Source of the DNA: Lepidodermella squamata
Lineage: Eukaryota; Animalia; Gastrotricha
Assembly (NCBI GenBank): GCA_047495785.1
Contig: JBLDXI010000042.1
Location: 3,658,001-3,722,000, forward strand
Direction: 5' to 3'
DNA length: 64,000 nt
The translations under genes were made by a program, and so were the position numbers. The notes beneath the pieces were generated by a model that searched no databases, had not been told where the DNA came from, and saw nothing but the letters and a program-made list of their open reading frames with translations. Numbering within the stretch: position 1 is the first letter of the stretch; each line of letters starts with the position of its first letter. Positions 59,900 to 64,000 of the stretch are shown here, piece after piece.

Positions 59900-62800
59900 T
59901 AGGAACGCTAAAAATCCACGACTGCTGCTGTATCTACCTTACATCATGATAAATAGGCCTCTATCGTTTTAATTTATAAAGTTTTATTATTTCAAATTTT
60001 TGGAACCTTCAAAGTGTTTTATATTATACTGATATTGTCAACGGGCGAGATGAGAATGTTCTATATTGAGTGAGCGAGGATTGCAACTCAATTTTTTCTC
60101 TGTGCTGTCGAAACAGTTATCGGTTCCTAAATCATCTGTTTTTTGCTGAATGAATTTCCTATCTGGACGGACATTTCAATGTTTTGATGAGGCTTCGAAT
60201 GATTTTATCATTATTGCACGTATTCTTGGTCTTATTAAACTAATTTATAAAATTTATCTGGAGTAAACTCGCTGTTCAATCTATGACTGAGATAATCTAC
60301 AGGACATTTCAATAATGGCAAAACGTGAAAGTCAAATAAAACTGCTCCCATTTTTAATCAGGTCTTCATTGTCTTAGAAAAAGGGGACCTGTAACACCTT
60401 GCATAGCTCCGGAGCGGTATAATGAGGCTTTTGATATAACGCCCGACTTGGGCAGCTTTTCCGCACGCATCTTGATTATCGATTATCGATTATTGGTTTG
60501 AGCGAATCAATCAATAAATAGGCGCAGTGGTGCTGTAAAGAACCTTTTGGACCTTTCATGCTTTTTGGTGAAACTATATTCATCACGAGGGCAAGAATGC
60601 TTCAAGACTGAAAAATTTCGCGATATTATCGAAGCCTATACAGGAAATCGATTTATCAAATATCGATAGTTTCCGATGCCTTCATGAGTTAGGCCCTAGC
60701 TGAAAAATTAGGGCTTTGTTAATCAGCGGTAATTAGGGCAGACCGTCATAACAGCAAATTCCCAAAACAGCAAACGAGACAAAACAGCAACTTTTTCAAC
60801 TTGCGACATAACAGCAGATGCACGATGCATCATTTGCATTGAAAGTTTTCGCTGTTTTGTCGCGAAATAAAAAAATTGCTGTTGCATTCGCTGTTTCGCG
60901 ATGTTGCCGGATTAGATCCTCAGAGGGATCTTAGAGAGGAACTTTTCTGTTAGTCCGACTGTTTCCTATAGAAATTATTTTCTGTGTCAGCGGATAGGAA
61001 ACCAAGGACTGGAGCGAAGTGACATAAATTTGAACCCATGAAGGCGAAAGAATTCCATGAAAAAATGCAGGTAAATCTTGATTTTTGGTCAATTCGTCGA
61101 ATAATTTATTAGTCAACTTTTCAGTTTTCCGATTAATTTTTTACTGGTTGGCTGCTCGTGCATATATATTTTGGATTTTAGGCTTTAGGGTTAGGGTTAA
61201 GGTTAGGGTTGGTTTGGAAGTCTGAATATACCAACCAATACAGTATATTTTAATTTCTTCAATTCCACCTTATTCGTTTCATTCCTTACTAAGAATGTCA
61301 ATCAATCTAAAAACACAATTAGAATCAATCAAAAAATTAAAATTAAGACCGAAAAATTTCGCAAAATCACCGAAATTCCCGAAAAATACGGCATTTTCTA
61401 TTCAAACAGCCGATTTCGGGCTTCCTAATAAATTTCACTATGGCGGCGGTCAAAAGCTCATAAATTGTCCATTCTTTGCATAAGTAATAATTTTCAAATG
61501 TCACCGCATATTTTTTCTAATTTAACCTCAGATTTTTAATGAGAATTAGCATCAAGCGCTCGCCGAATGAGTGCGCTTTTTAGCAACAAGCGCTTTTGTA
61601 CCGCGTCCAGCAAATAAGTGTCCGCATAGGTAAAACACAGAGAATTACATATTCCTAGTTCCAGTATCAAGTATAAGATGTTAAAAACTTCCTCAACTAC
61701 GCATTTTTGTGCATTTTCAGGTGCCGCTTTTATGGCGCTTTGTTGCCATTGTTTTTCGCTCATTTTCATTCATTACTTTATAGATGTTGCGTGGTATATA
61801 ACCAATTCACAGAGACCAGTATAGTACAACGCTTTGTTTACCTAAAAATGCTAGTTTTCACGGACGGCTGGCTGGAATTGTTTGGCCATCATAAGGCTAC
61901 TGTACAGAGTGGATTTGTGCTGCTGCTGCAGGGTCACAGGTCTTATATTATTATCTTAGAATGGAACCGGCATTTTACGCCGAAAAAATTTCATCCACGA
62001 TTTTTATTGTTTTAATGATAAATTTATGAGCGTAGGTAGAATTTGGACTTTGGACTAAAAATTTCACTAATAAACTTTTTTCTGAATTAATTTCCTTAGG
62101 ATGCGAAACTGCCTTAATCAACAAATTAAATCCAAGTTTTATGTATAGCATCAAATAGCCGTAATTAGATGCCCCGCCTCGGAAATTTGAGAGGCCGCGG
62201 CCGGCAAGGTGGGTGACCTAACTATCCACCTTATTATTATTATTATCTAGACACGCTCCCTCGATCGATGATGTGTGATGCTTGCTTGTCAACTTTTGTT
62301 TCAAAACGCGTGACGTGTGATTTTTGTTTACGCGCGCGCGCACGTGAAATTGCTTCGTTTGTCTACGCTCTAATTCACACGAGCAGCCATTATTGCAACT
62401 TGAAATAATCTCGGCTCGGTGTGCTTGTAGCCATATCGCTTATAGTACTTCTGGTATTCGTTAGTCCATCATTAACTGGGTTAGAAAAGTGGCAGATAAA
62501 AGAATCATCCGGCCTCTTAATCTTGGCCTAATCGTTATCGTGTGTGCGAATAGTAAAAATTGCATACGAGTACTACTATAAAATAGTGTAAAAGATTTAC
62601 TGAATAACGTTCACTCCGATCTTTTTCGTTCATTAAATAGGTTAAACTTATAAGGCTAAAACCACGTTTTTCCTAAACATCTCGACAGGCCCTTTCTGCT
62701 GGTTTTTGATGTATCTCAGCTGTCGATAGAATTTCCCAACATAATTTCAAATAAATTATGGAAATAGGAAAAATAAGGCCCTAGTCATCTCCAATGAGAC

Positions 62801-63714
62801 ATTTCAGTAGATTTCACAAAGTAGCAATTTTGAAATTTTTGAAAAATTAGCATTACTTTTAATTAGAATAAATAGTTGACTATTTTATTTTATTTTATTG
62901 GGGTTGAAAATTAAAAAAGGGTCTTCCTTTTACCGGAACCTAATTTACGGTAAGCGGAACCAAATTTTTGAATTTTCTAGTGGCCTGAAATAACTTTACG
63001 GATATTTCTTGCGGGTCAAGATCTTGCGGGTAAAATCAGCGTCACATTTTCTACAAGATCGAGTGTTCAATGCAGAACTCATGTTTCGCCTCGAATGCGT
63101 AGAATTATTCAAAAAATGACCCATAGCATACTTGGGTTCCGCAAAATGCAAATTTAGCTCCGCTACAGAATATTTGGTTCCGCTCTAAGATATTTCGTAT
63201 AATTTCCAAAAATTTGAATTTAGGATCAATTCCAACTTATTTTAATTGGTTGACGACGATCCCAATTTTAGGAGGTCCGGGATAAAAATAGATTTTTCCA
63301 ATATTTAATGGCTATCACGTTTTTGGAATTTCTCAAAATTTCACCATTGATAAAACAATATTGAGAAAAATTGCGAAATAATTTCAGTTCCAACCGACAT
63401 CACCTCGGAAACCGCTTACCCGCGTTACCCGCGAAATTAGCCGGGATTTAATTGTATAAATATTTTGCGAGTTCAAAGATAATTCTGAGTCCAAAAAGTT
63501 GTATGCGCCTAAATTTCAATTTTAATTGGAAAAATCTTGTTTTAATAATTTTTCAGTAATAAGGCTTATAAGGCTTATTGTCGATGTCCAAATAGTTTCA
63601 GTTGGACTCAAGACCTAACATGCGTGATAAGCGTCCGAATTTCAGCAGAAATTTTAAGCTTTATCGTTTTATTTAAAATTTTTACTTCGCGATTTAGGAT
63701 TATTTTTGATAATC

Positions 63715-64000
63715 ATGTCTAGCAGTTACGAGCCGATATGGCACGCGAAATGCGAGCACATGCGAGTGCCGCGCGATTCGGTCGGCGAAACGTCGAACAT
63801 GATCGAAGCGTTCAGCGACATTTACCGCGGCGCCAAGCTGACAATCGACTGCTACCGCAACCAGGTGGCAAATAGCGACAAATCAATCACCGGCGAGTTA
63901 TGGAAAGAAACCCTGTACCACACCAGCATCAGCCCGTTCGACCTGGCTGTTCTAACTGTCATGACAATAGCCTGGACCTTTCTACGATCTTTCATGGTTA
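63715..64000 (+). CDS. Second ceramide synthase paralogue, 5' part only (runs off the window)
   Basis: Open frame MSSSYEPIWHAKCEHMRV...ETSNMIEAFSDIYRGAKLTIDCY...IAWTFLRSFMV aligns with exon 1 of the 57666 gene (PTWYNQCENLRI...ETWNPIQASLDIAHGTYLTLKCY...IWTLARMYLV). Confidence 0.8.
   Translation, partial: MSSSYEPIWHAKCEHMRVPRDSVGETSNMIEAFSDIYRGAKLTIDCYRNQVANSDKSITGELWKETLYHTSISPFDLAVLTVMTIAWTFLRSFMV

Noticed and set aside
56593-61212. TTAGGG-like patches as a chromosome end or fusion site
   Set aside because: Only a few degenerate units embedded in intergenic DNA with genes on both sides.

Overview
Compact animal-like (invertebrate-type) eukaryotic DNA with AT-rich spacers and mostly ~50-60 nt GT-AG introns, so many real genes are split or missing in the ORF track; I rebuilt them by hand. 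In order: a decayed P-element/THAP9-type transposase; an intronless fucosyltransferase-like gene; two divergent GABA-B-like class C GPCRs flanking three tandem intronless GT-A glycosyltransferase-like genes (the middle one a crossover chimera); a 6-exon UNC-93-like gene; an orphan 3-exon gene; and a ~21 kb block of secreted/surface genes. That block holds a Ly6/three-finger GPI protein, four 4-exon paralogues of an unrecognised 8-Cys secreted peptide family essentially absent from the ORF track, a GPI-anchored PQQ-type beta-propeller, a Sushi-TM receptor, and three paralogues of an unrecognised 4-Cys prepropeptide family interleaved with two deleted MULE transposons. The window ends with an alkaline ceramidase, a Gypsy remnant and two tandem ceramide synthases. 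The best candidates for an undescribed system are the two hidden Cys-rich secreted peptide families. No database searches were possible, so novelty and taxon are untested.
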